DNA of 59,758 bases, filler included, from Candidatus Babelota bacterium (GTDB lineage Bacteria > JAGOBX01): NCBI GenBank assembly GCA_017999075.1. It is 8 parts of 8 records of this genome, joined end to end, with 100 filler letters (N's around TTAATTAATTAA, not from the genome) between each part and the next. Parts side by side here need not be neighbours in the genome. Positions count along the whole stretch, not along the records: positions 7,601 to 15,053 come from JAGOBX010000164.1; positions 15,154 to 22,538 come from JAGOBX010000165.1; 6 more parts are not named here. The stretch is one strand, 5' to 3'. Of the stretch, positions 9,062 through 16,439 are shown in pieces. A program made the translations under genes and the position numbers. A model generated the notes under the pieces. That model was not told where the DNA came from. It saw nothing but the letters and a program-made list of their open reading frames with translations, and did not search any database. Numbering within the stretch: position 1 is the first letter of the stretch; each line of letters starts with the position of its first letter.

Positions 9062-9067
9062 GCGGAA

Positions 9068-9547
9068 CTATTTTTCTAAATGAAATAGCGGCAACTTTAA
9101 TTGAAGTGTGTCGTAGTCGTGTAACAGAATTGATTTGCGATATTGTGCGGCGTAATTCAGCTCGTGCGTAGTGCCCAAGCTTCTGTTTAATCTGTAGGCG
9201 TTACAGATATCGCAATCGGCCAGCATTTCCTTATTTCGACTTATAATCCCAGCTAAATATTGATTGCAATGTGATTCAATGATAATCGCGCCCATTTTTA
9301 TAGCTTGATGGATAAACGGCTTAACCACTAGCGGAATGTTATCCAGCTTCTTCGCCAGCCAAATATGAACTTTAGAGCAATCGTTTTTAGCGATAAAATA
9401 CTTTACAGCTTCAATTGAAATACCAGCGCATCCACCTGTAGAAAATACAGTTTGCTTTGATAGTGTAAGCTGATCCAATGTTGAATGCAGGTCAACTATC
9501 ATGTCATCAGTTAAAGTACGAGAACCAATTAGACAGATTTTGTTCAT
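9068..9547 (-). CDS. SLOG superfamily (DprA/Smf/YspA-like) Rossmann-fold protein, 159 aa
   Basis: ICLIGSR, STGGCAG, ISRNKEM and SLGTTHELNYA motifs; true start MNKIC at 9547 with AGGAGG RBS. The longer ORF call runs through a non-coding repeat array. Confidence 0.8.
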   Translation of the reverse strand: MNKICLIGSRTLTDDMIVDLHSTLDQLTLSKQTVFSTGGCAGISIEAVKYFIAKNDCSKVHIWLAKKLDNIPLVVKPFIHQAIKMGAIIIESHCNQYLAGIISRNKEMLADCDICNAYRLNRSLGTTHELNYAAQYRKSILLHDYDTLQLKLPLFHLEK

Positions 9548-9608
9548 AGTAAATCCTCCTGTGATAAATTTAGTATTGAAAATTAATGATAAGAAATTTG
9601 GTGTGATT

Positions 9609-9742
9609 AAGTAGCGGCCAATAATGTAGTAGCGATATGCACAATGCGCATAAGGTATAAATAGCGATATACTCGATGAGCATAAGGCATAAATAGCGGC
9701 AAAATTATAAGTAGCGATATGCACAATGCGCATAAGGCAAAT
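9609..9742. repeat. Array of 28-bp hairpin repeats interleaved with short TAGCGGC units
   Basis: AGTAGCGATATGCACAATGCGCATAAGG exact at 9628-9655 and 9710-9737; 23/28 variant at 9660-9687; TAGCG cores at 9612, 9630, 9662, 9694 and 9712. Confidence 0.9.
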
Positions 9743-9760
9743 GCTGATAATAGCTATAAA

Positions 9761-9806
9761 CACAAAAAGCCGAATACACCATGGACGGCATACTCGGCTC
9801 TTTGTG
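9761..9806 (-). other. 21-bp strand-specific hairpin (terminator, RNA or ssDNA structure)
   Basis: Minus strand CACAAAGAGCCGAGTATGCCG-TCCA-TGGTGTATTCGGCTTTTTGTG pairs at all 21 positions, five by G.T. Confidence 0.8.
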
Positions 9807-9852
9807 CGGTGAGAATAATAATGAGAGAAAATGCGCATATTCTTTTAACTGA

Positions 9853-10161
9853 TTACAGCTTGATACTAGAAAACGGCTTTACATCCCAGTAAAGATCACG
9901 GTCAACTTCAATACCTCTAACACTGATTTCAGAAAGTTCGCTTAATGAAACGTAGCCCCATTCTGCCATTTCAAGATCACCGTTCAATATGCAATAGCCG
10001 AACATCAGATCAAAATCACTGTGATCAATTTCAGCAATATACCAGTCGCAATTTCCGATGAAAAAATGCAGATAAATTAATTTGTCTTTGCAGCTTACAT
10101 TCTCAGTTGAATAAAGATCAGGCACATTTTTCAATTCGTTAATACTTGGTTTGTTCCACAT
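9853..10161 (-). CDS. DUF2958-like protein (typical of plasmids, ICEs and phages)
   Basis: PDLYSTE...HFF...DWYIAE...MFGY...EWGYVSLSEL...VDRDLYW pattern; start ATG 10161 (or GTG 10170). Confidence 0.8.
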   Translation of the reverse strand: MWNKPSINELKNVPDLYSTENVSCKDKLIYLHFFIGNCDWYIAEIDHSDFDLMFGYCILNGDLEMAEWGYVSLSELSEISVRGIEVDRDLYWDVKPFSSIKL

Positions 10162-10277
10162 AAAAAACACGCTCCATTTTTAAGATTTAAAATAAAACAC
10201 TTGCTTTTGGGTAAGCTTCGAGTAGCAGTAAATATGGCAGATTTGCAGTAAGTGCAGGGACTTTCGAGACTTTTCAT
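10131..10277 (-). CDS. Possible 48-aa double-CxxC microprotein
   Basis: MKSLESPCTYCKSAIFTATRSLPKSKCFILNLKNGACFLCGTNQVLTN; GGAGG upstream but only 2 nt from the ATG; overlaps the DUF2958 start. Confidence 0.3.
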   Translation of the reverse strand: MKSLESPCTYCKSAIFTATRSLPKSKCFILNLKNGACFLCGTNQVLTN

Positions 10278-10326
10278 CACCTCCAGTTGTTCGGATAAGT
10301 CGTTTAATGCGGGAATGTTGTAGCGG

Positions 10327-10368
10327 AAATAAAAAAGCCGCCCAAGCTTTTAAAGGCTCGAACGGCTT
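10327..10368 (-). terminator. Intrinsic-terminator-like hairpin at the head of the minus-strand gene run
   Basis: Minus strand AAGCCGTTCGAGC-CTTTAAAA-GCTTGGGCGGCTT (13 bp, 3 G.T) followed by TTTTATTT. Confidence 0.7.
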
Positions 10369-10592
10369 CCAGTGTAAAATTTGATATTGAAAGTTTAATA
10401 GGTAAGAGTACGTGGCTCGGAACTAATGGGTCCCCTCGGTATAGATATTGCCTATCTCCAGCATGAATGATTTTCTGAAATTTGCATATTAGAAATTTCT
10501 ATAATTTTTTTCTGTAAAAATTGGGCTATAAGGGAAGTATGATAGCATATTCTTTGTTATAAAATAAATTCTCGAAAATTTTCACTATTAAC

Positions 10593-10621
10593 TTGAATGT
10601 TTAAAAAAGTTATGGTATAAT
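10593..10621 (+). promoter_or_regulatory. Sigma70 promoter with extended -10 for the res-mod operon
   Basis: TTGAAT (10593-10598), 17 bp spacer, TGGTATAAT (TGnTATAAT, -10 at 10616-10621). Confidence 0.7.
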
Positions 10622-10660
10622 ATAATGAATTTTTTTATATATTTTTTTATGTAGGTATCT

Positions 10661-13648
10661 ATGGCAGATAATCCAATTTTAAATAATCCATATTTGGAAC
10701 CAAAAATATATTATAATACCGATATACAGGGAAATTTAGATTATTCGGATATAAAAAAAGGGCGGCGTATTTATTCTCACGATATAACACCGCAGCCGAC
10801 ACAAAGACCCAATACTCAACAAGGACTTTTCAATATTTCAGATATACAGGACAGATATGAAGAACATTTAATTAATGTTTTAAGAAAAGAAGTTAGTATC
10901 TGGCGAAAAAACAAATACCCGAACACTACAAGAATTACAAAATTATTACTTGACTATTGGTTTGATAGCGCCGACAGAATTGATTATCATAAATTATTTT
11001 TTGCGCAGCAGGAAGCGGTTGAGACTGCAATATTTCTAAATGAAATTGCAGATAAATCAAATTCAGGGCAAGCTATATTAAACAGATTAAGAAACGGTCA
11101 GGTTATTGTCGAAAAAAATTCTCAGTTCAATCTACCTCGCATTGCGTTCAAGATGGCGACAGGGTCTGGCAAAACTGTTGTAATGGCTATGCTGATACTT
11201 TACCATTTTTATAATCGGCTTGAATACAGAAATGATACACGCTTTGCAGATAATTTTATAATTATAGCGCCAGGTATCACTATTAAGGACCGCCTTGGCG
11301 TTTTATATGTTGATACTCAAAATAATTCTATTCAAAATATTCAGGATTATTATCGAACGCGGCGTTTGATTCCACAAAATTATGAACAGGATTTATTACA
11401 GCTTAATTCCAAACTGATAATAACAAATTACCACTCTTTCGAACAGAAAGTTTTAAAAGGAAACAAAAAAACTCCTTTTGACGGCAAAATAGGCGCGGAT
11501 GGAAAAAAGGTTAGGGAACTTGAAGATTATTCGCTTGTTTTAAAAAGAATCGTTGGCAAATTTAAAAAAGGGTCAAGAATTTTGGTTATTAATGATGAAG
11601 CGCATCATTGTTATTTGCCGAAAGTAAAAGAGAAAAACGTTAAACACGATGATTCGGAAGGGGAAAACGAACGCGCATCAATTTGGTTCAATGGTATAGT
11701 AGAACTTTCAAAACAATATCAATTACGGTATGTCTATGATTTAAGCGCAACACCATATTTTCTTCAAGGCTCTGGGTATGAATCATATTCATTATTTCCC
11801 TGGACTGTTTCTGATTTTGGTTTAATAGAAGCTATCGAATCTGGGTTGGTAAAGATTCCGTTTTTACCTGAATCAGATTCAACACAGCAAATAGAAATGC
11901 CTGTGTTACGAAATCTTTATGAACATATAAAAAAAGATTTACCTAAAAAAGGCGCGAGTTCATTAAAATTATCAGGCGCGCCTAAGTTGCCCGAACTTAT
12001 AAAAATTGCGTTGGATCAATTCTATTCGCATTATGAAAAATCATATAATGAATTTCGTGATTTATTTGGAAATCCGCCAGTATTCATAATTGTTTGTAAT
12101 AATACCAATGTGTCTTCCGAAGTATTTAAATATATAGCTGGTTATGAAATTGACCGAGAAGATAAAACCAAATTAATTATTCCAGGTAATTTTGAGTTAT
12201 TCAGCAATTACCAAAAAGATACTTTAAAACCTTTGGATAAATGTCCCACTCTTTTGATTGATTCAAATGCTCTTGAAAATTCAGAGCAAATAGATGAACA
12301 ATTTAAAAAGATTTTTACTTCGGAAATTGAAATTTTCAAAAAAGAATATCGTATAATGCATCCAGATAAATCAGCCGATAATCTTATTGACTCCGATATA
12401 TTGCGTGAAGTAGTAAATACAGTTGGCAAACAAGGAATGCTTGGCGGACATATCAGATGCGTTGTTTCTGTATCAATGCTGACCGAAGGCTGGGACGCAA
12501 ATACCGTTACGCATATAATGGGAATTCGAGCGTTCGGTTCTCAATTATTATGCGAACAGGTAGCTGGCAGAGCATTACGGCGTTCATCATATTTTTTAGG
12601 GAAAGATGGTAAATTTCCGCCTGAATATGCGCATATAATCGGCGTTCCTTTCAGATTCTTTAAGGGCGGCAAATCAGCAGCGGTTATAGTTCAGGATGAT
12701 ATTAAAATAATTAAAGCATTACAGGAAAGGGAAAAATATGAAATTATCTTTCCAAATATAACTGGATACCGCGTTGAATCCGAATCGCAAATATATGAAG
12801 CTGATTTTAGCAAAGTGGAAGATTATGTAATTGATGGTTCTGTTTTACCTGTTCAGACAGATATGAAAAATGCTTTTTCGTCTGATAAAGAAATATTAAC
12901 GCTCGAAAAATGCAAAGAAAAACGGGAACAAGAATTAATTTACCTGATTACCAAAAATTTATTGTCGTTTTACTATTCCGATATAAATGGATTTCCAGAA
13001 TTTCAATTATTCAATCAATTGAAGAAAATAGTTCACGAATGGTATGAATTCAAAATTAAGTTATCTGGACCTGCATTTAAACAGATGTTATATTATTGCG
13101 AGCCGAAAAATATTTGTAATCACATTAAACGCGGAATAGATTCTAAAAATATAAATTCTACAAAAATATTCCCAGTTTTTAATTATTATAACAAACTCGG
13201 TTCGACAAAATATGTGCACGGCGCTACTTCAAAAGAAATTTATGCGACAAAAAACAGTCATATTAATTATGTTGTCGCTGATACTAAGAGTTGGGAACAG
13301 ATTGCCGCTAAAACATTTGAAGAACTATCGGACAAAATTTATTGTTATGTAAAAAATGCTTTTCTCGGTTTTTCTATTCCTTATATAAAAGATGATAAAG
13401 ACAGGCAATATTTTCCAGATTTTATTGTAAAATGTAAGACAAAAAATAAAAAATTTATTAATTTGATTGTTGAAATTACAGGGATGAATCAGGATAAATC
13501 TGAAAAACGCTGGTATTTGTTGAATAGGTGGTTGCCAGCAGTTAACAGTGTGTCTGAAATGTATGGATATGACAAATTCGATTTTATGGAAATTTCGGAT
13601 ATAAAAAATATTAAAGAGTTATTGCGGATAAAAATTCAATCACTATAA
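10661..13648 (+). CDS. res: Type III-like restriction endonuclease subunit (SF2 helicase + PD-(D/E)xK nuclease; resembles BPTD_3080 family)
   Basis: MATGSGKT, NDEAHH, LSATP, LTEGWD, EQVAGRALRR and C-terminal YFPDFIV...VEITG motifs; followed by a DNA methyltransferase. Confidence 0.9.
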   Translation: MADNPILNNPYLEPKIYYNTDIQGNLDYSDIKKGRRIYSHDITPQPTQRPNTQQGLFNISDIQDRYEEHLINVLRKEVSIWRKNKYPNTTRITKLLLDYWFDSADRIDYHKLFFAQQEAVETAIFLNEIADKSNSGQAILNRLRNGQVIVEKNSQFNLPRIAFKMATGSGKTVVMAMLILYHFYNRLEYRNDTRFADNFIIIAPGITIKDRLGVLYVDTQNNSIQNIQDYYRTRRLIPQNYEQDLLQLNSKLIITNYHSFEQKVLKGNKKTPFDGKIGADGKKVRELEDYSLVLKRIVGKFKKGSRILVINDEAHHCYLPKVKEKNVKHDDSEGENERASIWFNGIVELSKQYQLRYVYDLSATPYFLQGSGYESYSLFPWTVSDFGLIEAIESGLVKIPFLPESDSTQQIEMPVLRNLYEHIKKDLPKKGASSLKLSGAPKLPELIKIALDQFYSHYEKSYNEFRDLFGNPPVFIIVCNNTNVSSEVFKYIAGYEIDREDKTKLIIPGNFELFSNYQKDTLKPLDKCPTLLIDSNALENSEQIDEQFKKIFTSEIEIFKKEYRIMHPDKSADNLIDSDILREVVNTVGKQGMLGGHIRCVVSVSMLTEGWDANTVTHIMGIRAFGSQLLCEQVAGRALRRSSYFLGKDGKFPPEYAHIIGVPFRFFKGGKSAAVIVQDDIKIIKALQEREKYEIIFPNITGYRVESESQIYEADFSKVEDYVIDGSVLPVQTDMKNAFSSDKEILTLEKCKEKREQELIYLITKNLLSFYYSDINGFPEFQLFNQLKKIVHEWYEFKIKLSGPAFKQMLYYCEPKNICNHIKRGIDSKNINSTKIFPVFNYYNKLGSTKYVHGATSKEIYATKNSHINYVVADTKSWEQIAAKTFEELSDKIYCYVKNAFLGFSIPYIKDDKDRQYFPDFIVKCKTKNKKFINLIVEITGMNQDKSEKRWYLLNRWLPAVNSVSEMYGYDKFDFMEISDIKNIKELLRIKIQSL

Positions 13649-13662
13649 GGAGAAATCAGTAG

Positions 13663-15053
13663 ATGACTGTCGAATCAATAAAACACAAACATAATAAACG
13701 GGCATTTATTCCTTCGGTATCTGAAGCAGGTCAGGAAACAGACAATCAAATCGTGAAGGAAAAGAAAAGTATTAAAATGGTTCGCAATCCGATTGTTCAG
13801 CGCGGTCAGGATCCCGAATTATACTGGATGAATAAATACGGCGCTGACGATACAGAAAAATTTTCTGAAGTGGATATTCGTTCGTTATACCGCATTGAAC
13901 ATATCTCGCCTGAAATGTTGATACAAAAATTATATAAAATCAAAGAAATTCCAGCTGAACAATTATCGTTAATGGATTTATTCGGTAATTCAATAAATAT
14001 CGATGAACTCGAAAAAGTCGGCGAATATTACAAACACCAGGATAACTGGACGAATAGAATGATTCTCGGCGATTCCCAGCTTGTAATGACATCGCTGTTA
14101 GAACGCGAAGGGCTTGCAGGCAAGGTTCAAACAATTTTTTTTGATCCGCCTTATGGTATTAAATACGGTTCAAACTGGCAGATTAAATTGAATAATAAAA
14201 ATGTTACAGACGGCAAAGACGAACATCTCAGCGGCGAACCAGAACAAATAAAAGCATACCGCGATACTTGGGAATTGGGAATACATTCGTATCTGAGTTA
14301 TCTGCGCGACAGATTGCTGGTAGCTCAAAAATTACTTACTGAAAGCGGAAGTTGCTTTGTCCAGATTTCTGATGAAAATGTACATCTCGTTAGATGCCTG
14401 ATGGATGAGGTTTTTGGAAGCGCAAATTTTGTGAGTTTGATTAGTTTTTCTACAACAAGCGGTTTTGAAAGTAAAACAATATCAAGAGCTGGTGATTATA
14501 TTTTATGGTATGCTAAAGATATTGAAACTGTTAAATATCGACAACTTTATTTAGAAAAACAAGATGATACAAGTGGTTATAATAAAATTGAATTAGAAAA
14601 TGGAGAACGTCGAAGTTTAACAAAAGAAGAAAAAGAAAATTCTTTACTTATTCCTAAAAATTCAAAAATATATTCTTCAGGAGCGTTATTTAGTCCAGGA
14701 GAATCACCAGAGGGATCAAAATCTTTTATTTTTAAAAATAAAGAATATAAACCTTCCAGCGGGCATTGGAAAACTACTTTAAAGGGGTTGGAAAAACTAA
14801 CTCAACTGAATAGAATTGAAGTTTCAGGAAATACTATAAGATATGTTCGATATTTTAATGATTTTCCACTTGTTCCAATAAATAATATATGGAAAGATAC
14901 ACAAACTTTTATGGATAAATATTATGTAGTTCAAACTTCTCAAAAAATCATCCAGCGCTGTCTCCTAATGACCACCGACCCAGGCGATCTTGTTCTTGAC
15001 CCGACCTGCGGCAGCGGCACGTCTGCTTATGTTGCAGAGCAATGGGGCAGACG
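13663..15053 (+). CDS. mod: Amino-DNA methyltransferase, beta class (Type III Mod-like), 3' truncated
   Basis: Motif IV DPPY precedes the variable region and motif I LDPTCGSGT; AGGAG RBS. Confidence 0.92.
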
Positions 15054-15153
15054 NNNNNNNNNNNNNNNNNNNNNNNNNNNNNNNNNNNNNNNNNNNNTTA
15101 ATTAATTAANNNNNNNNNNNNNNNNNNNNNNNNNNNNNNNNNNNNNNNNNNNN
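15054..15153. other. Artificial contig linker
   Basis: N44-TTAATTAATTAA-N44. Confidence 0.99.
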
Positions 15154-15307
15154 TATCTTCTGAAGCTGATTGAATAGTTTCTGATATTGATGACGAAAAA
15201 CTATAAGCTATATTGTTTTCGATTAATAGATAAATACTTAAAATTATAAAAAATACAGTTTTTATTATTAAATTTAATTTTTTATTATTATTAAAAATTT
15301 TTATCAT
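15154..15307 (-). CDS. N-terminal fragment of a secreted or membrane protein
   Basis: Basic N-terminus and hydrophobic stretch; TTGACA (15368-15363) promoter-like element upstream; cut by contig end. Confidence 0.45.
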
Positions 15308-15514
15308 TATTGTTTTTTATAAAAGATTAATTTTTAATAATATATAATATTTTAATCTATATTGTCAAGTAAGGCTGAATAGTAGTAAAAAAGGAGTATA
15401 ATAGTAGTTTTTTGGGAAAAATATGAAAAATTACTTAACTTTTATTAGTCTTATTTCAAAATATAAATTTTGTAAAAAATGGCAGTAACGCCATTTGGAA
15501 ACATTACCTTTATA

Positions 15515-16423
15515 TTATATGTTTAAATTATTTAAAAAATAATATAGATTAGTATCGCTGTTTGTTATATTTAATTTTTTTCTGATATTTTTACGATGAA
15601 ATTTAACTGATTCCTCGCTGATATCCAATGCATCGGAAATTTCTTTATTTGACTTCCCTTTTTTTATGAGTTCACATACGCTATATTCTTTAGGAGTGAG
15701 CTGGACTACAATATTTTTTAATATATTATTTGAAAATCCGGTTAAATTTTTTATATATTCTTTGAGTTGGTCAATGACAAGAGAAGAACTGTTATTGGGT
15801 AATCCGGTATTTTTTTCAATTTTATCAAGAGCAGGTAAAAAAACCGATTGAATATTGCTCAGAAGTTCTTGATGATATTTTTTTTTTTCTGATTCAATAT
15901 GTTTTAATACTTCCTGCAGAGCAATGTTTTTCATTTCAGTTTCTTTTTGCACTTCGATTAATTTTTGTTCATATTCTTTTTGTTTTTTGATTTCTTCCGT
16001 TAATTGAGAAGTCCGCATTTCAACCAGTTCATTAAGATGAAACTGGTAATTTTTTATTTCAAGAGTTCTTTTAATTCTTATAATAAGTTCTTTAATAATA
16101 AAAGGTTTAGTAACATAATCGTGGCCGCCTGATTGAAACCCTTTTATTATGCTTTCGGTATTGGTTTCACCTGTAACAAATATTACAGGTATGTTTTCAG
16201 TATTATTTTTAGATTTTAATTTTGAACATATTTCATAACCATTAGTAACAGGAATATTGATATCAAGCAATATACAATCAGGTAATTCTGTTTCAAGTAT
16301 TTTAAACGCAATTTCTGCGCTTTGAGCTATGCTGACTAAATACTGTTCTTTTTTTAGAATGTTTCCGAGTATTCGTATGTCGTCAGGATTATCGTCAATA
16401 ATTAAAATTCTTTCGTTTTTCAT
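15515..16423 (-). CDS. Response regulator: REC + coiled coil + LuxR-type HTH
   Basis: ILIIDD, PDCILLDINIP and DYVTKPF; C-terminal LTPKE...GKSNKEISDALDISEESVKFHRKNIRKKL. Confidence 0.9.
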   Translation of the reverse strand: MKNERILIIDDNPDDIRILGNILKKEQYLVSIAQSAEIAFKILETELPDCILLDINIPVTNGYEICSKLKSKNNTENIPVIFVTGETNTESIIKGFQSGGHDYVTKPFIIKELIIRIKRTLEIKNYQFHLNELVEMRTSQLTEEIKKQKEYEQKLIEVQKETEMKNIALQEVLKHIESEKKKYHQELLSNIQSVFLPALDKIEKNTGLPNNSSSLVIDQLKEYIKNLTGFSNNILKNIVVQLTPKEYSVCELIKKGKSNKEISDALDISEESVKFHRKNIRKKLNITNSDTNLYYFLNNLNI

Positions 16424-16439
16424 ATTCGTTTTTTATATT

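Larger units (their letters stand above)
7601..10460 (-). mobile_element. Fragment of an integrative element or prophage-like accessory region (boundaries approximate)
   Basis: Tyrosine recombinase, RHH-like, SLOG and DUF2958-like genes; visibly higher GC than other contigs; repeated structured spacers; adjacent RM system. No att ends identified. Confidence 0.7.

Noticed and set aside
9609-9742. Mini CRISPR array
   Set aside because: The 28-bp units are separated by only 4 and 22 bp, the intervening DNA is itself repeated, and there are no cas genes in the window.
9548-9838. 97-aa N-terminal extension of the SLOG ORF (track call 9068-9838)
   Set aside because: It translates the hairpin/repeat array; a strong AGGAGG RBS and the domain start point to ATG 9547.
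10200-10330. c-di-GMP riboswitch or other known ncRNA upstream of the element genes
   Set aside because: I could not find the GEMM consensus elements by eye; an Rfam scan would be needed to exclude other RNAs.
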